DNA from: Candidatus Omnitrophota bacterium
GTDB lineage: Bacteria > Omnitrophota > Gorgyraeia > JABMRN01 > RBG-13-46-9
DNA: 64,000 nucleotides
Assembly (NCBI GenBank): GCA_043817155.1
Contig: JBDRHE010000072.1
Coordinates: 1,345-65,344, forward strand
Reading direction: 5' to 3'
Positions 1-8,227 of the stretch are shown piece by piece. Numbering within the stretch: position 1 is the stretch's first letter; every line of letters starts with the position of its first letter. The translations under genes were made by a program, and so were the position numbers. The notes under the pieces were generated by a model. The model was given only the letters and a program-made list of their open reading frames with translations, ran no database searches and was not told the DNA's origin.

Positions 1-1128
1 TTGAGGATAATGACCTATGACCTGGCGCGCGCCATATTCAGGGCAGCAAAAAAACTTAACGCAGGGGCCTTCATATTCGAAATAGCGAAATCGGAGATGG
101 GGTATACCGATCAGGCGCCGCAGGAATACGCAAGCATGTGTTTGGCCGCTGCTGTCAGCGAAGATTATTCCGGCCCGGTATTTATACAAGGCGATCACTT
201 CCAGCTTAAGGCCAAGAATTACAGCGAGAATCCTAAAAAAGAGTTAGAAGCAATGAAGCTATTAATAAGAGAGGCTGTGAGGTCCGGTTTTTATAATATC
301 GATATAGATTCCTCGACTCTCGTAGACCTCTCTAAGCCGACCGTTAAAGAACAGCAGCTCGATAACTATAAGGTGTGTGCCGAACTTACAAAGTTTATTC
401 GAAAGATCCAGCCGGGCGAACTGGATATATCTATAGGCGGAGAGATCGGAGAGGTCGGCAAGAAGAACTCAACACCTGAGGAACTTCGGGCGTTTATGCA
501 GGGCTATAAAGAATTGACAGGCAAAGGGCTCTCCGGCATCAGCAAGATCAGTATACAGACCGGCACATCCCACGGCGGTGTGGTACTACCGGATGGTACA
601 GTCGCAAAAGTAAAGGTGGATTTTGAGACATTAAAGAATCTATCCAGGTTGGCAAGGGACGAATTTGCCATGGCCGGAGCGGTTCAGCATGGGGCTTCTA
701 CTTTGCCTAACGATGCCTTTGGCAAGTTCGCCGAGGTCGAAACAGCGGAAGTGCATCTTGCGACGCAGTTTCAGAATATGACATATGACAGCAAGGCTTT
801 TCCCGAAGACCTGAAAGCCAAGATATATGATTGGATCAGATCGAATCTGTCCGGGGAAAGAAAAGACGGTCAGACAGAAGAGCAGTTCATATATACGACA
901 AGAAAGAAGGCCCTCGGAGTCTTCAAGAAGGATATTATTACTTTGCCGGCTGAAATAAAAGGGAAGATCGTAAGCGAGATCGAATCTGAATTCGCTTTTC
1001 TATTCGGAAAGCTCAACATAAAAGATACCAAAGATCTCTTATCAAAATGTCCCAAACCTAAAGCTGTTTCGCCTAACATAGAAAGCAAAGCAGTGGCAGT
1101 TGAGATGGATGGAGAGGGCGACGACTAA
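1..1128 (+). CDS. Class II ketose-bisphosphate aldolase family protein (fructose-bisphosphate aldolase-like). The N-terminus may lie before the window start.
   Basis: 375-aa ORF running from position 1. Contains the GDH and SHGG motifs typical of class II zinc aldolases. Window begins with TTG. Confidence 0.6.
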   Translation: MRIMTYDLARAIFRAAKKLNAGAFIFEIAKSEMGYTDQAPQEYASMCLAAAVSEDYSGPVFIQGDHFQLKAKNYSENPKKELEAMKLLIREAVRSGFYNIDIDSSTLVDLSKPTVKEQQLDNYKVCAELTKFIRKIQPGELDISIGGEIGEVGKKNSTPEELRAFMQGYKELTGKGLSGISKISIQTGTSHGGVVLPDGTVAKVKVDFETLKNLSRLARDEFAMAGAVQHGASTLPNDAFGKFAEVETAEVHLATQFQNMTYDSKAFPEDLKAKIYDWIRSNLSGERKDGQTEEQFIYTTRKKALGVFKKDIITLPAEIKGKIVSEIESEFAFLFGKLNIKDTKDLLSKCPKPKAVSPNIESKAVAVEMDGEGDD

Positions 1129-1135
1129 GAAACAG

Positions 1136-1247
1136 CCTCGTCTTTGCGAGGGACCGATAGATACTTAGCGTTCCGAAGCAATCTCAAACGAGCCTCGGAG
1201 AGATTGCTTCGGCACGCTCGAATATTACGGTGCCTCGCAAAGACGAG
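1136..1247. repeat. Family C palindromic element, copy C1 (short form lacking the GCCTGCCTGCCCG core).
   Basis: CCTCGTCTTTGCGAGG...GATTGCTTCGGCACGCTCGAATATTACGGTGCCTCGCAAAGACGAGG. The ends are inverted repeats of each other. Shared with copies at 9.5, 34.5, 41.3, 42.8 and 52.4 kb. Confidence 0.85.
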
Positions 1248-1281
1248 GAAAGTGAAAAACTATCTCTGTCCCTATATCCCG

Positions 1282-2373
1282 TTAGAATTTCTTAAGCAGG
1301 TAAATCCCGAGCCCGCCAAAGATTATATTGCCGAACCACGCTCCCAGAGCCGGCGGCAGTATACCACCTTTTCCAAGAGCAAGTCCAAAGGCCATAACCG
1401 GTATGTAGAGTAGCGCTATAATTATGCCCTTGGCCATTCCAAGAAGGGCTCCGCCTCTTTGCGTAGAGAGGGTAAAAGGTGTGCTTATCAGGATAATTGC
1501 AATAGTGGCAAATGGGAATGATATTTTGTGATAAAGTTCTACGAGAAGCCTGGCATAGGTCTTTTTGCTGCCTGTCGCAAAAATATCGATGTAACTTTTG
1601 AGACGCCCATAGCTCATATATTCAGGTTTCCATTGGTTGTTTATAAAATCAGTGGGCGTTTCAACGATCGGTATGTCTCTTTCCTTTGATATAATAGGTT
1701 CTCCAATAAACTTACCGCTATTATCTATCTTGAAGATGACAACGTCTTTTCCGCGCCAGCGCTTATCGTCCGTCCAATGAATGGATTTTGCCGAGATCTT
1801 CATGATAAGGTCCTGGGCGGTGTCATGCTGGTGGATTATGATATCTTCCAGCACGCAATTCTTAATATCAAACTTTTTGGCAAATATGATCTTATTTCCG
1901 CGCCCGTATATTGCAACATTGTCGATCGTGACCGTTCCGCTCTTGCCGCGTTTGCCCGCATCAAGTTTTTCATAGCGGATCCTGTTCGCCTTTCTCATGG
2001 CGCCGGGCAACATCTTATCGCTCAGTAAAAATACTACTATGCTTATGACAAATCCTACAGCAAGTATGGGTTTTAAGATGCTCCATACACTTATACCGGT
2101 GGCCCTGAGAGCTGTGATTTCGCTGTGCCGGTTTAGATTGCCCAGAAGATAGACGTTTGCTATTAACGCGGATATGGGAATTATTTGTGTAAGAATAAAA
2201 GGCGTAAGATAAAAGTAAAATGCCACAAGGCTCGATGCAGGAATGCGTTCTTTCAGTATTTCATCGAGAAACCCGAATATATCGCCTATAACAAAGAGGA
2301 GCCATAGGAGCAGAACGCAGAATAGAAATGTAACGATAAAGCCTTTGAATATGTACTTATCTATTATTACCAT
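1282..2373 (-). CDS. lptG: LptF/LptG family lipopolysaccharide export permease.
   Basis: 363 aa with multiple TM segments and YjgP/YjgQ-like architecture: N-terminal TM cluster, periplasmic beta-jellyroll region, C-terminal TM helices. Confidence 0.7.
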   Translation of the reverse strand: MVIIDKYIFKGFIVTFLFCVLLLWLLFVIGDIFGFLDEILKERIPASSLVAFYFYLTPFILTQIIPISALIANVYLLGNLNRHSEITALRATGISVWSILKPILAVGFVISIVVFLLSDKMLPGAMRKANRIRYEKLDAGKRGKSGTVTIDNVAIYGRGNKIIFAKKFDIKNCVLEDIIIHQHDTAQDLIMKISAKSIHWTDDKRWRGKDVVIFKIDNSGKFIGEPIISKERDIPIVETPTDFINNQWKPEYMSYGRLKSYIDIFATGSKKTYARLLVELYHKISFPFATIAIILISTPFTLSTQRGGALLGMAKGIIIALLYIPVMAFGLALGKGGILPPALGAWFGNIIFGGLGIYLLKKF

Positions 2374-2430
2374 CTTTGTGTTTTAAGTTCACTTTTGCAA
2401 GTGAGAAAGTGAAAAATTTGCAATCCACCG

Positions 2431-2535
2431 GCAATGAATTCCGCATAGCGGAATTCATTGCTTGGCGAGATGCTAAGCATCTCGCCAAAGGTGATATCTG
2501 TTTTTGATGGAGGAAGGCCCCGGACTTTAATCCGG
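2431..2535. repeat. Family A three-hairpin element, full copy A1.
   Basis: GAATTCCGCATAGCGGAATTC hairpin, then TTGGCGAGATGCTAAGCATCTCGCCAA hairpin, then GGTGATATCTGTTTTTGATGG, then GGAGGAAGGCCCCGGACTTTAATCCGGGGGGCTCCAC hairpin. About 90% identical to the copy at 27283. Confidence 0.85.
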
Positions 2536-2555
2536 GGGGCTCCACTAAATTCCAA

Positions 2556-3650
2556 TTACTTCTTCGACATCCTTAAAAAGAGAAACATCCCGACCATGAA
2601 GAGTATTATATTCGCCATCCACACACCGGTCCAGGGCGGTACGATCTTGCGTATAGCGCAGGCTATGCCTCCCAGCATTATCCCCCAATAGACCAAAAAT
2701 AGAACCATTGTAAGCCCAAAATTTATAGATTTCTCTCTTCTGTGCATTTTGACGGCGATGGGTATGCCTATGAGGACAAATACAAAATTTGAAAATGCCA
2801 AAGCCAACTTATTGTGCAATTCTATATGGAGGGGTATTGTCTCTACGTTATCCCTTTCTAATTTTGTTATCTCTTGTTTTAATTCACTTATGCTCATTTC
2901 TCTTGGCTTTTTCCCCAGCTTCTCTATGTCCAGGGCATCTTTGAAATTCAGGGTCATATAATAGGTGCTGAATACCAGTTTATAGAAGTTGCTTGGGTCC
3001 TGGGGTAGACTCTCGTCGGCACTTCCGTTCTTTAGCTTAAGCTTTATTGCGTTCTGCTCCGGCATAGATATGATTTCGCCTTCTTCGGCAACTATGGTCC
3101 TGGTGGGCCTTCCTTCCTGCGGCTGGTATATTCGAATGTTTTTAAGTATATTCCCTTTTATATTGTAGACAAATATTATATAGTTCTCGAAGCCCTTTAT
3201 GAAGACACCCGGCTCTATCATCGCAATAGGGTTTCTTATGCCAATCTCCTTTATAAGTTTTCGCGCTGCAAACCCGGATTGCGGGAGAACCTTATCGTTT
3301 AGCGGGACGCAGGATAGGCTGAGTATGAATCCCGCGATAAGTACGGGTAGAGCGATCCTGTAGAGGCTAACACCGCTCGATTTTAACGCTATGATCTCAT
3401 TGTCACTTGAGAGCCTACCGAACGCCAAAAGCATAGATGAGAGAACGGAGATGGGTATAGTAAAGGTAAGGAGCCATGGCATCAAACAGAGGAAGAGTTT
3501 CATAACATACACGGGGCTCACACCTTTATTAATAATAAGATCGGCTATCTGGACAATGTTCCCTGTTGCAAGTATCATGGTAGATACAAGAAGCGACAGG
3601 AAAAAAGGCCCGACCAGTTCTTTAAGAACATAATTTCTTATTATGCGCAT
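2556..3650 (-). CDS. lptF: LptF/LptG family lipopolysaccharide export permease.
   Basis: Paralogous to the adjacent lptG. ATG at 3650 is preceded by a GGAGG ribosome-binding site. The track ORF extends to a GTG at 3683. Confidence 0.7.
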   Translation of the reverse strand: MRIIRNYVLKELVGPFFLSLLVSTMILATGNIVQIADLIINKGVSPVYVMKLFLCLMPWLLTFTIPISVLSSMLLAFGRLSSDNEIIALKSSGVSLYRIALPVLIAGFILSLSCVPLNDKVLPQSGFAARKLIKEIGIRNPIAMIEPGVFIKGFENYIIFVYNIKGNILKNIRIYQPQEGRPTRTIVAEEGEIISMPEQNAIKLKLKNGSADESLPQDPSNFYKLVFSTYYMTLNFKDALDIEKLGKKPREMSISELKQEITKLERDNVETIPLHIELHNKLALAFSNFVFVLIGIPIAVKMHRREKSINFGLTMVLFLVYWGIMLGGIACAIRKIVPPWTGVWMANIILFMVGMFLFLRMSKK

Positions 3651-3825
3651 CCGTTTAAGCCTCCAGGCACCCAATATTAGCACTTATGTTCCCGTTTGTC
3701 AACCGGCCGGGCATTCCACCACACGGCTGAGATGAAAGAGATTATCGTGCAAGTAGCAGACACTTGATAAGTTTCTGCTACTGACCCTACCGGGGGTCAA
3801 TGCGTAGGGTGAAAGTTTTCTTTAA

Positions 3826-3882
3826 AAATCCCGTCCCGGGCTGGATTAAAGAGGTTTACCTAGACAGCCCGGGACGGGATTT
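3826..3882. repeat. Family D long hairpin, copy D1.
   Basis: AAATCCCGTCCCGGGCTG / loop GATTAAAGAGGTTTACCTAGA / CAGCCCGGGACGGGATTT, a perfect 18-bp stem. The loop sequence is conserved in copies at 35989, 36072 and 48484. Confidence 0.85.
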
Positions 3883-3907
3883 CTTCGCGCAGGATTTCTT
3901 TGCGTGG

Positions 3908-3935
3908 TTGACAATGAGCCCTACTGTGCTATAAT
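3908..3935 (+). promoter_or_regulatory. Consensus sigma70-type promoter (TTGACA-16-TATAAT) giving an essentially leaderless transcript.
   Basis: TTGACA at 3908-3913 and TATAAT at 3930-3935. The first in-frame ATGs are at 3937 and 3946, only 2-11 nt downstream of the -10 element. Confidence 0.6.
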
Positions 3936-3945
3936 CATGATACTT

Positions 3946-4899
3946 ATGAGGAAGAATAGGCTTTTGAAATGGGCATTGGTCGCCTTTATAGCGATAAACC
4001 TATACTCACTTATTCCTATAGTCAGATTCTATCTTACGAAACACCCCGCTACAAAAAAGCTCAATCAAGACGTGGTTTCCGGTTTTAGGGATAACAAGGA
4101 CCCTTATTTCAGCTTTATCGTGATGAGTGATACGGGTAGTGGCATCTTTCCTGCCGAAGCGGCGACTTTGAAACTGGTTAGAAGGATGAACAGGGAGGAT
4201 AGATTCAATAAGATCCCCATCGACTTTGTTGTAAATGCCGGGGACGTCACATTCAGGGGCAGGGAGTCGCATTATAAGAATTATCTCAAGATAAAGGAGA
4301 TGATCAAGTTCCCGGTTATAGACGGTATTGGGAACCACGATGATGACTTCGACAACGGCCCAAGGGGACTTGCTCTCTTTAACAAGTATTGCGGCGCGGA
4401 ACAATTCTCTTTTACCAACAGGAATTCATACTTCATCTTTCTGGACAATAAAGACGGTAATCTTACAGAGTCTCAATTCGCCTGGGTTGAGAGCGAGCTT
4501 CGCAAAGTCGGGGACTTTGAGCACACATTCATCTTCATGCATAAGCCCCCATTCAATCCCTACCAGCAGGCGTGGTATAGAGTTGAAACAAATCCCTGGA
4601 GTTATGCCTTTCTAAAATTGTGCGATAAATATAAGGTCGATATTGTATTTTCCGGACACGAAAATGTGGGCAGAGTGGTTAAATTCGGTTCTGTTACCTA
4701 CATGGTCTCCGGCGGGGGAGGCACGCTTCTTATCCAGCCGAGTTCCGAGGGTGGCTTTTTAAATTATATTGTAGTTAAGGTAAACGGAAAGTATTTGGAT
4801 CACGAGATACGTAAAGTTAATCCGCCTGTATGGGAATTTTTCACGTATTATATGTGGAAAGACATTATCTACTTTTTACAGGATCTTTTTTTAAACTAG
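3946..4899 (+). CDS. Calcineurin-like metallophosphoesterase with an N-terminal TM/signal segment.
   Basis: Contains GNHDDD, GDVTFRG and GHENV motifs. Start is uncertain among 3904, 3937 and 3946 because the promoter overlaps the ORF-track start. Confidence 0.65.
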   Translation: MRKNRLLKWALVAFIAINLYSLIPIVRFYLTKHPATKKLNQDVVSGFRDNKDPYFSFIVMSDTGSGIFPAEAATLKLVRRMNREDRFNKIPIDFVVNAGDVTFRGRESHYKNYLKIKEMIKFPVIDGIGNHDDDFDNGPRGLALFNKYCGAEQFSFTNRNSYFIFLDNKDGNLTESQFAWVESELRKVGDFEHTFIFMHKPPFNPYQQAWYRVETNPWSYAFLKLCDKYKVDIVFSGHENVGRVVKFGSVTYMVSGGGGTLLIQPSSEGGFLNYIVVKVNGKYLDHEIRKVNPPVWEFFTYYMWKDIIYFLQDLFLN

Positions 4900-5635
4900 A
4901 ACTGTTCAGCATGCCTCTCGCCAGAGTGAGTGAGAAGACATTTTTGGCTTTTGCGTTTACCAGTGTTCTGGCGCATTCATCTATCGTTGCTCCCGTAGTG
5001 TAAACATCGTCGATAAGAAGTACGTTCTGTCTGATAAAACGATTCTTGTCTACGACCAAAAAGGTACCGCTGACATTCTTAAGCCTCTTCTCTCTGCCGA
5101 GCTCACTTTGCGACTGACTCCATTTCAGTTTCTTAAGGTTCTTTGCATCTATCGGTATCAAGAGTCTCTTAGATAGCGAGCGCGCAAGGACCTCTGCATG
5201 ATTATAAGTTCGCTCTCTCTTCTTTGTCGGATACGACGGTACCGGTACGATGAGATCTATCTTTTCGCCCGCGAGATTCTTCCTTGCAAAATCTGTCATG
5301 ATATCACCGAATATGTCGGCCATTCCTATATAGCCACTGTATTTGAATAGGTGTATGCACTCTTTTATCGTGTCCATATAATAGCAGCAAGACCACGCCT
5401 TTTTGACAAGAAAGTCTCTTCCCAGGCATTCGGCGCAAAGCGTACCGCTCTCTGCAATATGCTTACCGCATCCATGGCAGAAGGGCCCCGGTATATACAA
5501 GATCTTTTGCAGACACTCCCGGCACAGCCCGTACTTGCTTTTACAGCTTTCGCCGCATACATAGCAGATTGGCGGCATAAGTATGTCGATGGCCGCCTTT
5601 AAGATCGATTTTGTCTTTTTTAGTATAGTAAACAT
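4865..5635 (-). CDS. comF: ComF family protein (phosphoribosyltransferase domain, ComFC-like).
   Basis: N-terminal CxxC...CxxC zinc finger, followed by a C-terminal PRTase motif (LLIDDVYTTGATI). Start trimmed to the internal ATG at 5635. Confidence 0.65.
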   Translation of the reverse strand: MFTILKKTKSILKAAIDILMPPICYVCGESCKSKYGLCRECLQKILYIPGPFCHGCGKHIAESGTLCAECLGRDFLVKKAWSCCYYMDTIKECIHLFKYSGYIGMADIFGDIMTDFARKNLAGEKIDLIVPVPSYPTKKRERTYNHAEVLARSLSKRLLIPIDAKNLKKLKWSQSQSELGREKRLKNVSGTFLVVDKNRFIRQNVLLIDDVYTTGATIDECARTLVNAKAKNVFSLTLARGMLNSSSLKKDPVKSR

Positions 5636-5907
5636 TTTATCTAATCCGCCACCGTCCGCCGCTTTCAGCAGCGAGACTTCGACGCGATTTCCGCCGAAGC
5701 CCCGGCTTCGCCGAGAGGCGAGCGAAAAAATAAATTCCATAAATGTAAGACAAGGTAGCTACAAAAATATCTTAGCACTCTAACTTCCGGTTGTCAACTG
5801 TCCCATTCTTCTTACGTAGTGCGTATAGCGTATTGCGTGCTGCGTTTTTCGAATCATTCTTTGCGTCCTTTGCGGTGATTTCGCGCTTTTGCGTTAAAAA
5901 AAAGGGC

Positions 5908-5936
5908 TTGATTAAACCTGGGGCTTGTGTTATATT
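5908..5936 (+). promoter_or_regulatory. Candidate promoter TTGATT-17-TATATT.
   Basis: Lies upstream of the small basic ORF at 5975. Preceded by an array of eight TGCGT repeats at 5820-5895. Confidence 0.4.
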
Positions 5937-5974
5937 GTGTTTCGAAAAACACGTTAACTTCAAGGAGTAGAAAT

Positions 5975-6115
5975 ATGGGCATAAAAAAGAGAACAGAGAT
6001 TAAATTTAAGCAGAAGATCAAGCGAAAGAAGAGAAGAGCGGGTCTCTCCAAAAAAGGCAAGAACCCGGACGAACATTTCTATAGCGGGATCAACGTATCG
6101 AAGCGGCTGAAGTAA
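5975..6115 (+). CDS. Small, highly basic, lysine/arginine-rich hypothetical protein (46 aa).
   Basis: AAGGAG ribosome-binding site 8 nt upstream of the ATG. Sequence MGIKKRTEIKFKQKIKRKKRRAGLSKKGKNPDEHFY... No family recognised. Confidence 0.35.
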   Translation: MGIKKRTEIKFKQKIKRKKRRAGLSKKGKNPDEHFYSGINVSKRLK

Positions 6116-6208
6116 CCTCCTCTTATTGGGCATGCAGTAAGACCCGCTATTTAGCATAAGAGACATTATTCAAAGTACCCGCATTCTGCACCCAAAAGGT
6201 ATACCAAG

Positions 6209-7339
6209 TTGAATCAAGAAAAACCCCTCTCCAGCATCTTTACAATAATCCGCGTCATCTTTTTCCTATATGTATTTTTAATCAGCATAAGCCTTATGAG
6301 TCACGCCTTTAAGGCATTCGGCAAAGGTTTTGCTGAGCAGCTTATCACTACGACATCCAATCCATTTGTAGGCCTCTTTATCGGCATTCTTGCTACGAGC
6401 CTTATACAGAGCTCTTCTACCACGACATCTATGGTTGTAGCTTTCGTCGCGTCCGGCGTTCTTTCAGTACGGGGCGCCGTTCCAATTATAATGGGAGCCA
6501 ATATAGGAACGACCGTTACAAATACGCTTGTTGCGCTGGGTCACATTGCAAGGAGAGAGGAGTTCAAGAAGGCGTTTAGCGGTTCAACCATGCACGACTT
6601 CTTTAATATATTTACGGTTATTATCCTCTTTCCCATTGAGATGTCTACCAGGTTCCTTGAGAGGAGCGGCATGTTTCTTTCAGATCTTTTTCAAAACATG
6701 GGAGGCGTAAAGTTTACAAGTCCTATAAAGGTTATCGTGAATCCCGCCGTTCATCTGATCGATGGTTTGGTTGGGAATCTTTTTCACGCGTCGAAGAATG
6801 TTTCCGGCATAATCATGCTTGTCCTGTCTGTAGTGATGCTTTTCGTAGCCCTCTTTTTTATAGTTAAGATCATGCGATCATTGGCCGCCAGGAAGGCCGA
6901 TATGGTATTCAACAAAGTTATAGGTAAGAACGTCATGCTATCGATGTTTATGGGTATGCTATTTACCGCGGTAGTGCAGAGCAGCTCAATAACGACCTCG
7001 ATACTTGTGCCACTGGTAGCGGCAGGGGTCCTTTCGCTTGAGCAGTCCTTTCCGATAGTTCTCGGCGCCAATGTCGGGACGACGATTACGGCCATCCTTG
7101 CTTCCTTAACTGGAAATATAACAGGTATAACGGTTGCCTTTGTCCACCTGATGTTCAATGTTACGGGAATTATTATAATATATCCGATCAAGCAGATAAG
7201 AAGGATCCCGATTAATGCCGCACGCCTTCTGGCCGCAAAATGTTCACAGCGCAGGCGATGGGCCTTTGTATATGTTATAGGCATGTTCTACTTTCTGCCT
7301 ATAATGATGATACTGATGTCGAGACTATTTAAAAAATAG
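6209..7339 (+). CDS. Na+/Pi cotransporter family protein.
   Basis: Duplicated GANIGTTVTN and GANVGTTITA signature loops with QSSSxTT motifs across about 8 TM helices. TTG start. Confidence 0.75.
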   Translation: MNQEKPLSSIFTIIRVIFFLYVFLISISLMSHAFKAFGKGFAEQLITTTSNPFVGLFIGILATSLIQSSSTTTSMVVAFVASGVLSVRGAVPIIMGANIGTTVTNTLVALGHIARREEFKKAFSGSTMHDFFNIFTVIILFPIEMSTRFLERSGMFLSDLFQNMGGVKFTSPIKVIVNPAVHLIDGLVGNLFHASKNVSGIIMLVLSVVMLFVALFFIVKIMRSLAARKADMVFNKVIGKNVMLSMFMGMLFTAVVQSSSITTSILVPLVAAGVLSLEQSFPIVLGANVGTTITAILASLTGNITGITVAFVHLMFNVTGIIIIYPIKQIRRIPINAARLLAAKCSQRRRWAFVYVIGMFYFLPIMMILMSRLFKK

Positions 7340-7351
7340 GAGGGGTGCCAT

Positions 7352-8032
7352 ATGTTCAAGAACTTGATATCGTTCTGGAAAGGGAAAGAGTTCTTAACTG
7401 AAGTTTTGCAAGAATTCAAAGAGATGCTGGATGACACTAAGTACATGTTCGAATCTGTCTGCGCCGCCCTAAAAGCAGGCAAGATAGACCAGGCTCTCGA
7501 GAGCCGCATATACCAGATAGATAAGAAGGTAAACAGCCTTGAAAGGGAGATAAGAAAGAGAATAGTAGAACATCTCTCGATCCAACCCAGCGTAGACGTT
7601 CCGGTCTCTCTTGTGCTTATGAGCGTGGTTAAGGACGCTGAAAGGGTTGGTGATTATTGCAAAAATATACTCGAGATCGTAGGGCTTCTTAGCGCACCCT
7701 TAGATAAGAAGAGGTTTAATGAACTCTTCGATGATATCGATAATCGGATACTGGAAGAATTTGAGAAGACCCAGAAGGCGTTTATGGAATCCGACGAAGA
7801 GGTCGCAAAAGAGATACTGGGTCTTGAGAGAGTGATCGTGAAAGATTGCGATGAGATAGTAAAGAAGATAGCGATGAGCAGCCTTGCCACGAATGAGGCC
7901 GTATGCCTGGCCCTTCTTGCGAGATACTTTAAGCGGGTATCCGCTCACCTTGCGAATATAGGCTCTTCAGTCGCGCTTCCTATAAGCGATCTGGACTTTT
8001 TCGACGAGAAACTAAGACGCGAAAAGAAGTAA
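7352..8032 (+). CDS. PhoU-domain protein, the partner of the Na/Pi cotransporter.
   Basis: Strong ribosome-binding site (AGGAGGGG). Helical, E/K-rich PhoU-like repeats. In YjbB-type proteins this domain is fused to the transporter. Confidence 0.65.
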   Translation: MFKNLISFWKGKEFLTEVLQEFKEMLDDTKYMFESVCAALKAGKIDQALESRIYQIDKKVNSLEREIRKRIVEHLSIQPSVDVPVSLVLMSVVKDAERVGDYCKNILEIVGLLSAPLDKKRFNELFDDIDNRILEEFEKTQKAFMESDEEVAKEILGLERVIVKDCDEIVKKIAMSSLATNEAVCLALLARYFKRVSAHLANIGSSVALPISDLDFFDEKLRREKK

Positions 8033-8117
8033 TTTCGCAAAAACGCGAAGAGTTCGTACGTAAATCACCTACCGACTTGATTTATCCCATTCTATTGTAT
8101 ATATTTGTTAAATGAGA

Positions 8118-8161
8118 CCATGAGTTACGACAACCTTTCAGGGTTGGCGTAACTCATATGG
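8118..8161. repeat. Family F hairpin, copy F1.
   Basis: CCATGAGTTACGACAACC-TTTCAGG-GTTGGCGTAACTCATATGG. Paralogous to the copy at 34381. Confidence 0.8.
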
Positions 8162-8227
8162 TCGAATTTATCCTGAGGCGCCGGAGGAGCCGAAGGATCT
8201 ATATCTCATTAAATACAGGTAATATAT

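Noticed and set aside
1144-1413. ORF-track small ORFs lying within repeat elements: 1144..1413+, 2367..2555-, 2357..2545-, 27241..27432-, 10868..11059-, 9673..9861-, 29673..29915-, 37998..38234-, 49382..49606-, 52415..52711-, 42735..42986-.
   Set aside because: They are translations of palindromic repeat DNA and give similar peptides in several places for that reason. They have no ribosome-binding site and no conserved protein features.
2500-2537. tRNA or tmRNA 3' end, suggested by the GGAGCCCCCCGGATTAAAGTCCGGGGCC hairpin and its paralogs at 11006, 27360 and 60520.
   Set aside because: No D-arm or anticodon arm, no GTTCRANYC T-loop, no CCA context. Four near-identical copies occur in both orientations, so this is the terminal hairpin of repeat family A. 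No convincing tRNA was seen anywhere in the window.
5927-6115. The 62-aa track ORF starting at 5927 (MLYCVSKN...).
   Set aside because: The upstream portion overlaps the promoter -10 element. The ATG at 5975 with an AAGGAG ribosome-binding site is the supportable start, and even that product is only a low-confidence hypothetical.
6784-7284. Antisense ORFs of 100-190 aa inside well-supported genes, for example 6784..7284-, 12948..13385-, 18230..18802-, 19967..20521-, 20564..21040-, 22519..22980-, 24619..25086-, 41192..41797-, 40846..41454-.
   Set aside because: They lie on the opposite strand of genes with strong family signatures. Low-complexity translations, no ribosome-binding site. These are typical shadow ORFs.
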